Of a DNA stretch of 64,000 nucleotides, positions 48,570 to 60,761 are shown in pieces. The position numbers were made by a program, and so were the translations under genes. The notes under the pieces were generated by a model. That model did not search any database. It saw only the letters and a list, made by a program, of their open reading frames with translations, and was not told the DNA's origin. This DNA is from Macrostomum lignano (Eukaryota): NCBI GenBank assembly GCA_002269645.1, contig NIVC01003956.1:1-64000 (forward strand). Direction: 5' to 3'. Position 1 is the stretch's first letter. Every line of letters starts with the position of its first letter.

Positions 48570-50990
48570 TTAGAGCTCCATCTCCATGCCGATGTCAGGC
48601 AAGTCCGGGTCGCCTTCGGCGAGCACCTCAGGGTGGCGCAAGCTGGGCTCGAACAGCTGACTGCCTCGCAGGTCAGGCTGAGCTGTGGCCGGCTGCTCCG
48701 GCGCGGGCTGATCGGCTGGGTCGACTTCGCTGTCTTCGCTCGACTCATAGGGCAGCATTGGCCGCTCTGTCTGGCGCGGCGGCTCCTGTGGTCGATCTGC
48801 CATCATCTGCGGCACCTTGATGATGTTGTTGCGGTGAACTAGCATTTCAGCTGGGCGTCCTCGGCGGGCTGTCGCTGGCTTGATCCAATACGCCACTTCT
48901 CCGACTTTCTTGACGACCTTGTACATGCTCTTGTACGGCCGGTGGAACTTGGGCAGCTCTCCCAGTTCGAGCTTCGGGTTGGCCAGGCAGACCAGGTCTC
49001 CGGGCTGCAGCTCCACGGGCTTTGGCCGGTTCTCGTAGTACTCCTCTCGGCGCTGGATCTCGGCTCGCAGTCGCTGTCGCACAATTCGTTCTGTCTCGGC
49101 CAGTCTGCGCTGATGTTTGGCAATGTACTCCGGGAGATCAGCTGATACATCCAGTCGGTCTAGGGTGTTATCGATCGGATACCGGTAGGGCACTCCGTAG
49201 ATGACATAATGCGGCGAGAACCCGGTTGTACGATTGACTGCTGATCTTAAAGCTGTTAAAGCGGCTGGAAACATCTTGTCCCATTGCTGATGGTCTTCTA
49301 GGAGACAGGTGAGCACCTTCTTGATGTTCTTATTGCACGACTCAGCTTGTCCATTAGCCCATGGCGAATACGGCGGCGTCGTTGTCTGCCGGATGCCGTA
49401 AACTTCGCAGAAGTGCCGGAACTCGTGTCCTGTGAACTGTTTCCCTTGATCGGAGTGAATCCATGCCGGGATTCCGGTGATCGGAAACACTTGTTCCTGC
49501 AGGAGCATTATGATGGTCTTGGCCCGCTGATTCTTCATGGCGAAGGCGAAGGGGTATTTCGACGTAGTGTCGACTTAGGTCAAGATGTACTTGTTTCCTC
49601 GGCCTGTCGGGTCTCCAGTGGGGCCCAGGATATCGATTGCACATCGCCCATAGATTTCACAGACCGGAAACGATTGTACATGCGCCGGAATTCGTCGCCG
49701 TCCTTTGCTCTGAGTACAGGTCTGGCAGGATGCGACATAGTCGGACACTGCCTTGGCCAGAGCAGTGTGAGCCGTCCCCGTGCGCTGCGCGCTCTTGTCA
49801 GCCCCGCTGTTCAATGTACTCTATCTCCCGCCAGCCAACTTAACCCTTCGGCCCTTGCAATATTCAAACCCCCACCCCATTCAGTTCTTCTCTCCTCTGC
49901 AGCCAATCGGCTTGAGCTTTGGCCCTTCTAGCATTATGTACATCGTATTGCATATCGATCAACCACAATATATAATAGCACGCAAGGCCAAGTGGAAGCC
50001 TAAGCTTTTTTCCATTCGCAATTAATTGAGCCTTTACAGGCAGGTCGCCAGAACCTTTCGCGCACCTTCGCGATGGTGAAGTCTCGGCCCATGTGTCCGC
50101 AGTAGGGTGAACCGTGGAGGTCGGCGAACACCGTGGCGTCGAGGCTCTTCGGCAGGACGATCCGCGCCGTTTCCTCCTCGCCAATATCGTCGAAATGAAT
50201 TACCAGTAGTCCATCGTCTCGGACTTCGAGCTGCTCGTAGAACGCTAGTAGGTTTCGTTCGTCTCGCGTCATATTCAAACGCTGATTCAGCGGCGGCTTC
50301 GGCTGTCGGCTTTCCAAAAGATTGATCATCATGGCGATGGCAAAGTCAGCACGCTGATGAGTCTGGAGCTCCTCACGAGTGACTGGCCTCGGGATGTGAT
50401 CAGTTAGATTCAATGTTGGGCGTCGGTTAGTTAAATTAGTCGGCGCGGCTTCGGCTGTGGCGGCATGGTTCGGGGTCTGGAGCTCCCTCCGCATGATCGC
50501 TACTCTGGCCGGTTGCCGGGTTGTTGATGTGCCCGAAGGTCGATCCTCGTCGGTATCTTCGGCGTCACTGTTGTCGGATTCAGATCGGTCAGCAGTTGAT
50601 GATGAGTCAGCAGAGCTGTCCGCACCGCTGCTGAATCTCACTCTTTTCTCGAACTTCGGGCAGCGAGCGGGTTGGCAGCTGTCCTCTCTGGCTGCGCTGT
50701 GGTCGCTGTCCGTGCCGTCTCCAGCTAGTAGTCGGCGGCTCCTTGACAGGCAACATGTCGTGCTACTGAAACTGGTAGGCGACCTCTGCGAGTCATAGTA
50801 ACGACTGGCTGATGGCCTCGGCTTCGTCGCCGGCGGGTGCAGCTCTGTCAGCGGCTTGCTGTCGGCTGTCGGTGTTGCTGGCGGCGTAGCCTCGCCGTTG
50901 GACTCCTTCAGCTTAGTCGGCGGTTTCCGTCGCTTACGGCGGGTCGACGGCTTCTTGCTCGTCGCTCGGCGGGTCGAAAATATAATAGAC
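48570..50990 (-). mobile_element. Ty3/gypsy pol fragment (RH-IN linker and integrase), same lineage as 36500-39125
   Basis: HGSPYCGHMG..RFWRP..CQTC; QSFPVCE; IDILGP; SDQGKQF; NGQAESCN; GPY/F-like FHRPYK. One in-frame stop and one insertion. Confidence 0.92.
49766..50038. mobile_element. Solo-LTR-like 273-bp insertion splitting the integrase zinc finger
   Basis: TG...CA termini. Flanks AGCAG / GGCAG (5-bp TSD, 1 mismatch). Removing it restores FWRPALAKAVSDYVASCQTC. Confidence 0.7.
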
Positions 50991-52699
50991 TGAGAGTGAT
51001 AAGTTGATACGTTGCAGTAGATAGAGAAGTAGAGGGAGAGTAATGTATATATATATATCCAATTGTCAGAGAGTGAGATTCTGAGATGGGAATTTTATGA
51101 GAGTGAGATTATGTAGAGAAAGTTAGGGGAAAGAGGCGATGAAGATGGAGAGAGGAATAGACTAGCAGATTGGGTAGATCTGCTGATTCGGGGGAATCGA
51201 ATGTCAAGGTACCCTAAATAAAATAAATGAAGTAGATTGAGCAAGTAGGGTTACAATCCTCTCGCACCTCCTTATCTTCAATGCAGGAAGTGTTCCGACT
51301 CCTCTGCTTTTACTGCCGAATCTGCAGCTGTCAGGTGCTCGGGAATTGTTTGGGAACATTCAGTCATTGATAAACCGATTGCTGTCTGATGCCAGTGTCC
51401 TGTACGGTGACATTATAATGACATACAATACCCACGTGCTTTTGCACATTTTGCACATTGTCTGAGCTGAATGCTATGGAAATTTGTTTGCTAGGAATAC
51501 CCGTTTAGCGCATTAGGTATTTCGATTATTTATCTTTGAATGTTTCTTCTTTTATGTTTGCTACGGAATATCTCATGAAGTGAAATATATTTGTATTTTT
51601 ATATTTTTAGGAGAGAGTTAGCGTTTTCAATTCTGCATTTTTTCGAGCTTGAACGTCTTGAGTCTGGGTTATGAATAATTCATTTCTCTGTTGTTCCTAA
51701 AACAAATACAAGACTATTAATACCAGCTATTTCATTTTTGAAGCCTTTCATTTGCACGAAGTGTCAGTTGTTTGTTGCCACCTGCATTCAGTATTTAGAA
51801 TCAAAAGCAAGATATATATATATATATGGAAACCTAAAGACGAACTAACTCTACATCTGTTCATGGGGCTATACGGGCATACAGATAAGATATCGGCTGT
51901 GCTCCGCTACCTCAGACACTCAATCATCCTGTCATAGACAGTTTTATGGCAGGAAGACTGTTTTAACCGCAGGCCCTTATCGAAAAATATATGGTCTGTT
52001 GCGCGGACCCCGTGAGTAAGTAAGCAACTGGACACGGGGGCAATGCTTCTCCCTCCGTCTTTCCCCCCAGTTGGGGGCTTGGGGGTCTTTGTTCCACGAG
52101 GGAACTTTGTTCTTTGTTTCTTTTTTTCCCTTATTGTAAATGTATCTAAGAAGGCGCATTTCCAACGAATTGGGTTGATCACTTCCAAACCTGCTTATCA
52201 AAATCGAAACTGCATTTTTATTCCTTGGTCTGTTGGGGCTGACTGGGAAATTGAAAATTTTTTGATAGGAAAAAAGGCAAATTGGCTAAAACTAAAAAAC
52301 AATGGCTCTGTGAACTTTTTATGCAAAAGGCTTGCGATGGTATGAATGTCTCTCTCTTTCCCTTCTCTTTGTTCTGTCACGAAAATCTTTACCGGAGAGA
52401 CACAAGCCTCATTTTAAATACATGGCCTAAATGTGTTAAAAAAAGAATAAAAAATATTCTAGGATCTACGAGAACTATAAAGTCCATATTCATGTCTCAT
52501 TCCCTTACCAAACCCAGACATGACTATCACTGGAACCGCGTACAGTTAAGAAAACAAGTATTGGTTTCTCTCTTACTCGTTCTGAGCGCTTGTGATAAGA
52601 ATCATATCCATAACTCTATGGCTCGTAGATAACATTTGACATGAATTTCTAACTCAGTGTGCGTGTGCACGCTCTCGAAATGCACAAGCATACAGTGGA

Positions 52700-55602
52700 G
52701 TGAGTGGACTCACTCTGACTCACTGCCCAGTGCCCCACTCAAAAGTTTTTGCCCTTGCTCCTACCCTCTGCTCTGATTCCATATCCTCTCCCCTGCTCAA
52801 AAACAACGAGAACAATTTCATACCAGATGTTTGTTTTCCTCTCCTCTCCATCCCGGGAATTATGCGCTTCGAAATGTCAGCTGGCAAAACACGAGCCCCT
52901 GGAAGGATGTCTTATCCAAGACACATCTTATCTGATGTTCTGACGATCACCAAAGAGCTGCGAGTCTGCAGCTTGCACTTCCTGTCTACCGCCTACAACT
53001 GCCCAGCTTTAAGACACAGTGCCGGAGCACGGCTGCGCTGGGACGCCCTTCCAGACCTCGAACTGACGATGCCTCGCTTGAGTCTTTACGATATCAAACC
53101 AGTGGTAGCTAGAAGTGATGAAGAAGCGGATAACACCTACCCACCTCAGCTCGAGCGCTGGGACAAAGATCCAGTAGCGGTAGCTATGCCTCATTTAATT
53201 CTGTCTACGCAGTCTAGAAATCAGTGTGTTGCAAAATCTGCCATAACCGCTGGGCAAAGCAAGACTTTAGTACAGCTAAGAAAAACACGTCAGCGCGTGA
53301 GCAGACAACGAGCGACCATCAAGCGTCTGCAGCAGCAAATTTGCAAGGCTAAGGGGATTAAATTCGGAAGTACTCCAATGCGTCGTATGGCCTCAAACAG
53401 CAGGAAGCTTCACTTCATCGCAGCTCGCGGCATGAGATGGTCAAAGGATGACCTCACCGCTACAATAAGGCTCCACCATAAAAACCCGGCTGCATACAGG
53501 ATGCTCAGAAAAGATTGGCAGCTACCCCTTCCTTCGGAGTCTGCACTCAAGCGCCGGACATGTCAGTTCTTCAAATCGCCAGGAGTCTGCTCAACAACTC
53601 TGATGCTGCTGAAACAGAAACTTGCCACAGGCCCAGAACATCAGCGAATAGCAACCCTATGCTTCGATGGGATGAGCCTATCACCTAGCGTTCGCTACGA
53701 TCAACACAAAGATAAGGTCATCGGCTTTGACACAAGCAGCTCCACTGAAAATGCTCAGCAAGTTCTAAAGCCTATCACGGAAGCCATCGTTGCTGTTTTG
53801 CGAGCCGTTTCAGCAAACTGGAAGCAAGCTATCGCCTATTACCCAGTTCATCGAACTCTCGGACAGTCGGGCTTTGCCGCTGCAATCGAAAATTGTCTCC
53901 ATGCGAGTCATGCTATCGGTATTCGAGTCATTGCTCTTGTTGCTGACCAGGAGACAACACAGTGGGCACTACTCTCTCGAATGGTAAGTTAGTTATTTGG
54001 CTACTAACTTGTATTTGTGGGACTATACGAGGACTATATAGTCTATACGGGGACTATATCTATATAACTAAATCTGAAATATCATTTACTGATTTACAAA
54101 ATTCCGAGTAATTAAATGAAAGCTAAATCGCCTAAATGTGATTTGCAGGTCTCACCATCTGCGCCTTTTTTCGTCACCCAGTGAGCCTAAAGCCGGTGTA
54201 TGTGATAGTAGACATACCACACTGTCTGAAGAATCTACGCAATGCGCTTGTGAAAAACGATGTGGCTTTTGACGGAAACAAACTGGCAAAATGGCAGCAT
54301 GTTGTGGATTTTTTTGAAGCCGATCGTAGCCGTTCACTTCGATTGGCAAGTCGACTTACTGACGCTCATATCGCCCTACCGCTTGGACAGAAGATGCGCG
54401 TGTCTATAGCAGCTCAAGTGCTCAGTCATTCAGTTGCCAGCGGTATGCAAACTCTTTTGCATTATCAGGAAATAGAGCCCAGCGCTTCGCAGACGGCGGA
54501 GTTTCTACAGCGCGTAAACGATCTGTTCGATATGCTGAACTCCGCAATAGTGCACGACAAAGGCTTCAAGCGGCCGATCTGCCGCGAGTCGCTAGCTGCA
54601 CAAACTAACGAGCTGCGCAAAGCTGAGGCCTTTCTGCAGAGCTTGCGATTTTTACCGAAAAGCGGCAAGCCTGAAAAGTCGACTATGAAGTTTAAAGAAG
54701 CTTGGCGCCTTTCAGCTGCATCGATTCGTGAGCTCTCAACTGCGCTGATCGACGAGGAGAGTTTCGACTACGTCTGCACTCGCAGTCTTACTCAGGATCA
54801 CGTGGAAGTGAGTTGTAGAATAATTTTAATGATAATAAATTAAAATAGCGAGTTATCAATTAAATATTCAAAAAATGGCAACGTTTTGCAGAATCTCTTC
54901 AGCATCATAAGAGGCCGAAATGGTTTCAATGAGAAGCCCGAGCTGGCAGCATTTGTCGGAGCATTGAGATCAGTGGCAGCTAGCGGACTTGATCGCCCTG
55001 ATTCTGCAGCACGGAATTGTGAAGACGATGGGTGCACTGCGGCTGTGACAGCCAATCTTTCGCCTGCTGCTGCAGACACGAGCTGCGCATCTCCAAGCGA
55101 CTTTCCTACGACCAGCATTGCTCAGCAGGCATCGCAGCCATCTCAACCAGATCCTATTCTTGCTGAAGCCACTAAGTACGTCGGTGGCTTTGTGCTCAAA
55201 ACAAGCCGTGTTCTGGAATGCTGTGCATGCAAGCAGGTGCTAACTGCCGCAGAGCCTAGAGGTGTACACCTAAAGAACAAGCTATTTAGCCATGCAGTCA
55301 ACGGACTGACGCAGCCTTCAGCCGCTGCCCTTCTTGCGTTTTCAAGATTGGAGGCGTCTTTTTTAGAAAAAATTGAAACATGCGCTTTGCTTCCAAAGGT
55401 GGCTGCACAAATTGTTAGCAAACTCCTGTCTGATGAAATCCAATTTCCGGCTTGCAGTGCACATTTTTCTGATGTGCACAACAGTATTGTCTTGGCATTT
55501 GTTCGCTTGCGGTTGCATCATTGGTGCCGGGAAAAGATGCGCAGCTTGAAAGCTGCTGCTTATAAGCGGTGTGCAGTTCGCAAAGTAAAGAAATTTAATT
55601 AA
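52700..55602 (+). mobile_element. THAP/P-element-family transposase; exons from about 52700 to 53983, 54149-54807, 54892-55602; one frameshift (1 nt missing) at about 54170
   Basis: RVCSLHF...RLRWDALP (THAP C-half); LPLPSESAL; TLCFDGMSL; ALVADQ; DIPHCLKNLRN; KMRVSIAAQVLSHSVA; LTQDHVE|NLFSIIRGRNGFNEKP. GT-AG introns in phase 0. TIRs not found. Confidence 0.9.
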
Positions 55603-56379
55603 TTGACAATAAGTTAGAAGCTGAATATCCTGACTAAACTGTTCTTTTACATTTTTCGTATTTTTCTACAGTCTTAAGTCTTAAATTCATTTCTTTTTAA
55701 ATTAGTAAAACTGGGCAGACATGCTTATTTAATTACCTGCTTGTAGAAAGGCAGAGACAGATTTTGCACCTTTAGAAACTTTAAATTTCGTTTAAAACTA
55801 TATAAATTTTACCTTCACTTTAATAAAGGCAAAAAACGCTAATTTTACTACTGAAAAAAGAGTAGAAAACGCATTTTTTGCGAGTGACATATCTAATTGT
55901 TCTAGTATCTGTGGTCTGAACAGGACCAGGTCTCTGATTCATCCATGGGTACGATTCGACTACAGACCATATATGACAGCTATAGTAATTTTAGACTATA
56001 TTTTTCCGTATTGTGGCGGCCAGATCGGTGCACGGCTGAGAGCGGAGCCCGCCAATACACAGGCCCCTGCACGCTTGGCTGCTGGGGAGTTTTGTCCAGT
56101 CAGCCAGTTCGATCTCATACGTCCCTATACTTGTTAACTATAAATGACTAGCTTAAACAAATATACGCGAGATCTTTTTGCTCGCTTGCTACTTTTCAAC
56201 TAGCTACCACTCGCAAGCCGCTTTAGTAGTTGAAAACTGGCAAGCGAAGCGACAAAAAAGGCTTCGAGAAGTTATGTTTTTCTTAAGCTAAGAGAAAACA
56301 AAGAGGAACAAAGACCACCAATAGACTCCCAAACTTCTATTTTGAAGCATGAATTTGCTAACTTTTTTGCATCAAGCAA

Positions 56380-56467
56380 ACACAAGTTTATAACACAACA
56401 CAAGGTTATAAACACAAGGTTATAAACCAAGGTTATAAACACAAGGTTATAAACACAAGGTTATAAA
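56380..56467. repeat. 14-bp tandem repeat ACACAAGGTTATAA (about 6 copies)
   Basis: Directly visible. Confidence 0.85.
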
Positions 56468-56542
56468 TATGGACTTTTACTACTAAATGCGCAAGAATAG
56501 TTTGGTTGGGCTCATTCACGATAGGATTAGCTACTCACTCAC

Positions 56543-57569
56543 CTCTATTGGGGACATCAGGTCTGGAGACTCAGCAGGCGTTCGACTCCAGTTGATTTTG
56601 TTCTCCTCAATGAATTTCCGAGCAAGCCGGCTGGTATGCTTAGGATCATTGTCCTTATTAAGGCAAAAAAGCAAGTCAAAGCAAGAATAATATTTCATGG
56701 CAATTAGTTTTAGAATAAGAAAATTAACACAGCTAGGACCAGTAACTACGAGACTTGTACACATATACGCTCGTACACGCATCTAGCGAACACTTACTGC
56801 AAACAGTCGGTGGCCATTCGGAAACATGCTCTGAATTGTTGGCAACAGAGCTCTGGCAAGAATTTCGTTGACATAGAACTCGGCTTTCATGATCCCTTTG
56901 AAGATTACAACTTGAGTGGCACCTCTGCGGCTAATTCCAGCCCACACATGAACCTAAAGTATGCATGTTATGCATATTATCGAAAAAAAAGTTACGATTC
57001 CAAGCATTGCCTCGTCGCTTAAGCCTTGTCTATAATATTGCCTATAGAGTTCTCACCTTCAATGAATGCTTAGGCATTTGCATTTTAGGACGAGTAGCAT
57101 GCATTCTCCGAAAAACAGTGCGGTGCGTTCTGCGAGACATGGCAACTGTGCATTCGTCAGTAAATATCACATTCTCAAACGAGTCGTTAAGGGCTAATTT
57201 CGTCAAGCTCCAGAGGCACCGAACAATCTGGTTTTTTCTTTTAATCACTTGGCAGTATTGAGTCGTTGTTCTAATCCACCCTAACTTTCGTCTTATTCTC
57301 TTAACGGGGCTAGAGCTAATTTTGAGACCGAATTCTGACTTTACTTTTAGACAGATGTCACCAGCTGAGATGCGTCCCTCAGATTTCTTAATAAGGGTGT
57401 CAATATAAATCGCATGTTCAAAATCCCACTTGGTTTCGTTCTCCCTTCGAGTGATGGTACTTCTTTAAGAAATTTGATGGCGTCGAACAGCAGACTGTGA
57501 AACCCCAATAGTCCTACTAACGTCATTTACAGTTTTATGCTCTAATAAAAACATTCTCCCAATGTGCAT
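56543..57569 (-). pseudogene. Intron-containing Tc1-like (DDE) transposase; exons 57569-57057, 56953-56798, 56653-56543
   Basis: HTH KTVNDVSRTIGVSQSAVRR; one TAA; VIFTDE; PKHSLK|VHVWAGISRRG; ILARALLP; DNDPKH...SPDLMSPIE|. All GT-AG joins are phase 0. The last exon is missing. Confidence 0.88.
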
Positions 57570-57807
57570 TTTTTGAGAGGATGATAAACGGTAACCCTGC
57601 CTCATTTCGCTACAAAGAAAATTTGTATACTCGTCAGACAAATGCTAGGGCTAATACTGCAGTATATGCTTGGGACACACAGAACATATATGAATTTTTA
57701 TATGGTCATTAAATACAGCCAGCCCCCAGTCCCAACCAAGCAATCATGAAAAGTTATAGAAACACTATAAAAACTATAGAAGACTGATACCAAGCGCCAT
57801 GTACATG

Positions 57808-58878
57808 TGTTGTATCCCCCTTCCTCGCTGGCACGGCCGGGTTGGGTGACGGGTAGCGGTGTCGGGGTTCGGGTACTGGACTGCCCAGGGCTTACGAGCT
57901 CGATCGGCGACCCCGAGGCGTACGGACACTTCGGGGGGAGGTCAAGGTTGAGAAGTCGAGAGAGAGGGGAGGGGCGGCTGTGGGCGGGCGGCCACTCGAC
58001 AGCCTGGTGAGTCAAGGAAGAGAGAGAGGGCTGCGGGCGGTCGGCCACTCGACAGCCTGGTGAGTCAAGGAAAAGAGAGAGGGCTGTGGGCGGGCGGCCA
58101 CTCGACAGCCTGGTGAGTCAAGGAAGAGAGAGAGGGCTGCGGGCGGTCGGCCACTCGACAGCCTGGTGAGTCAAGGAAAAGAGAGAGGGCTGTGGGCGGG
58201 CGGCCACTCGACAGCCTGGTGAGTCAAGGAAGAGAGAGAGGGCTGCGGGCGGTCGGCCACTCGACAGCCTGGTGAGTCAGACTGAGGAGAGAGTGAGAGA
58301 GAGAGAGATCAGGAGAGCGACCCCGAGGAACACAGGCAATTGTCTCGACAGCTTACCGGGCCGGGTCGATTATAGCACTCATACACGGGAAGGCCGATCG
58401 ATTGCAATAAATTGAGTCTTCGCAGTAAGAGACCGTCTTTACGGCTGATCGCTGGTCACGTTCGTTTATTTATCGCGGTGGGCGCAAATGGGCGCAGGCA
58501 CGGTGAGAAAAGGGGCGGGGTCTGAGCGTCGCCTTAAATAACGAGTAAAAAGGGGCAGGGGCGCAAACAAGGGGGGGGGAGAAAGGGCTTAAACAATGGA
58601 GCTGATTGACAGCTGATTGGCTGCGGCGAGGGGAGGGTGGAAGCGCGCACGGCCAGGGAGAGGGAGAGAGAGCAGAGGCCCAGCCAATCAGCACGGCTAG
58701 CCAAAGGGCTAAACAGCCAAGGCGAGAGAGAGAGAGAAAGAGAGCAGAGGCTCAGCCAAAGGGCTCATAGCTCCAGACTGGCTTGAGCCGGGGGGGGGGT
58801 AACAATAATCAACTACCAAAGTCAACAACTATCAAAGTGCACTTGCACCAGGGGAGCACTGTGACACAGGTCACAACA
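57808..58878 (-). mobile_element. 3' LTR (1071 bp) of the gypsy element, with PPT at 58879-58890
   Basis: TGTTGT...ACAACA termini. On the minus strand, AGGGGGGAGGG immediately precedes the LTR; TATTTAA (about 58535) precedes AATAAA (about 58470). Confidence 0.8.
57985..58280. repeat. 53-bp tandem repeat, 6 copies, inside the LTR; alternating A/B variants; TGAGTCA in each copy
   Basis: CCACTCGACAGCCTGGTGAGTCA at 57992, 58045, 58098, 58151, 58204 and 58257. Confidence 0.93.
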
Positions 58879-58974
58879 CCCTCCCCCCTAAAAAAAGAAA
58901 ACGACGCGCTTTGACTGAATGAAAATGAAAAAAAAAATGTAATGAAATGAAACTGAATGAAAGAGACCAAGAGT

Positions 58975-59540
58975 GTCAGGCAGCGGCCGAGAGCGCAGGA
59001 CAGGGGCCGAGGATGTCGGACAGGCCGAGAACACCGGGCACGGCCGAGAATGCCGGACTGTGGCCGAAAACGCCGGGCATGGCCGAGAATGCCGGACAGC
59101 GACCGAGAATGCCGGGCAGCGGCCGAGAACGCCTGGCATGGCCGAGAATGCCGGACAGCGGCCGAGAATGCCGGGCAGCGACCGAGAACGCCGGGCATGG
59201 CCGAGAACGCCGGGCATGGCCGAGAGTGCCGGACAGCGGCCGAGAATGCCGGACAGCGACCGAGAATGCCGGGCAGCGGCCGAGAACGCCTGGCATGGCC
59301 GAGAATGCCGGACAGCGGCCGAGAATGCCGGGCAGCGGCCGAGAATGCCGGGCATGGCCGAGAACGCCGGGCATGGCCGAGAGTGCCGGACAGCGGCCGA
59401 GAATGCCGGGCAGCGGCCGAGAATGCCGGGCAGCGACCGAGAACGCCGGGCATGGCCGAGAGTGCCGGACAGCGGCCGAGAATGCCGGGCAGCGGCCGAG
59501 AATGCCGGGCAACGACCGAGAGCGCCGGGCATGGCCGAGA
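58975..59540. repeat. 19-20 bp GC-rich minisatellite (GGCCGAGAATGCCGGGCAGC / GGCCGAGAACGCCGGGCAT) in the element's 3' UTR
   Basis: About 28 copies. ORFs in all six frames are repeat translations. Confidence 0.93.
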
Positions 59541-59673
59541 GTGTTCCCCGCCCTTCCTTCGGGGCCGCTCCCAGTGCCAAACAGAGGGATCACAACGACG
59601 ATCAGAGGAGAGATGGGATGAAATGAAGGAGTGAAGGTCTCGTGCCCGCCCTGGCATCCTGCCCCAGAACCCC

Positions 59674-60555
59674 CTAGACCGCCACCTCCGCCGCCCGGCG
59701 CAACAACCCCAACACGCGTCCTCCGTCGATTAGTTCAAACTGAGGGATCGCAACACTCATGACGAACCGAGTGCTTCGCTTGAAGGCAGGCCGCCGCCAG
59801 ACACGCCGAGCATGACCCCGACACTTGGCGCTGATGTCACGGAGAATGAACTTGACAGTCTGAGCCAAAAGCTCGGCGATTTCGCGTCGATGATCCAGCC
59901 GCTCGCTGCCGCACAGTCCCACCATTTCAGTCAAAAGCCGGAACATCGCAGCTGGACTCCCCGACAACAAAGCGTGCCGAAGCTCCGACCGGATTCGAGC
60001 TCTTCGCTGCGTTGCCTCCCCGCTCCAGGTGTATTCCACCTCGGTACTCGGCTCGCTCCTCATCAGCCACGCTGGCGACTCCCGTTGGTCGATGACGAGC
60101 TCCGGTTCGTCTTCTGACATCGAAGTTTCGCCGTCGGATTCATTCAAGAGCTCTTCTTCCTCTGACTGCGTGATTTCACAGCAGCTCTGAGCAGTCTCCT
60201 CGCCGCCGCAACCACCACGCTCGCTTCCTTCCGACTCCCTGTCCTCGTCTGACTCTTCTGTTTCGTCTTCAATCGTTACGACAAACTCCTCCGGGACGCA
60301 CATCCCATCCGGCGGGACAAAATACCGGGCGCACTCGAGCGGGTTGCTAACGGCATCCTGCCCGAACCGGTAGTACAGCGCTCGTCGAAACGGACATAGC
60401 AGGACCGCACTCGCATGCTGCAGCCTCTGGAAATTCTCCGTTCCACCGGGTCCACACTTGTCGGGGTGCCGTCGCAGGCTCTCACGGCGGTACGCACGTC
60501 GCAGCTCCTCCTCCGTCGCGAAGGGGCTGACACCAAACTCGGCGTAGAGGTCCAT
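59674..60555 (-). CDS. J-domain (DnaJ/Hsp40-type) protein, 293 aa, encoded inside a gypsy retrotransposon
   Basis: MDLYAEFGVSPFATEEELRRAYRRESLRRHPDKCGPGGTENFQRLQHASAVLLCPFRRALYYRFG aligns to all four J-domain helices with an intact HPD. An acidic middle and a basic helical C-terminus follow. Strong Kozak context (GGCATGG); no stops. Confidence 0.9.
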   Translation of the reverse strand: MDLYAEFGVSPFATEEELRRAYRRESLRRHPDKCGPGGTENFQRLQHASAVLLCPFRRALYYRFGQDAVSNPLECARYFVPPDGMCVPEEFVVTIEDETEESDEDRESEGSERGGCGGEETAQSCCEITQSEEEELLNESDGETSMSEDEPELVIDQRESPAWLMRSEPSTEVEYTWSGEATQRRARIRSELRHALLSGSPAAMFRLLTEMVGLCGSERLDHRREIAELLAQTVKFILRDISAKCRGHARRVWRRPAFKRSTRFVMSVAIPQFELIDGGRVLGLLRRAAEVAV

Positions 60556-60761
60556 GCCCGGAAAGCAGTGCCTGCAACAACCACGACTCACTTTTGAGAG
60601 CAGGGCAATGGTTCCTTCGAGCCTCTTTGGGGCGCCGATCCTTCATCCCTGATGGCAGGGTTGGGCAGGTGGGACCTCCACTGACGGGCCTTAAGAGGGG
60701 AAATATATATTTTTGTTTGTGAAGCAGAGGCAATAACACGAGCCCAGTTTTCAATAACGCG

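Noticed and set aside
50990-51255. 5' LTR of the 48570-50990 gypsy (ends GGGTTACA)
   Set aside because: No matching 3' LTR, PBS or gag found; at most an LTR fragment.
51860-56070. P-element TIRs CATGGGGCT / AGGCCCCTG
   Set aside because: Poor match and no 8-bp TSD.
58809-59657. Six long ORFs of 200-280 aa
   Set aside because: The minisatellite lacks stops in every frame; not evidence of coding.
60230-60330. LxCxE Rb-binding motif in the J-domain protein
   Set aside because: The closest strings (LECAR, QSCCE) do not fit the consensus.
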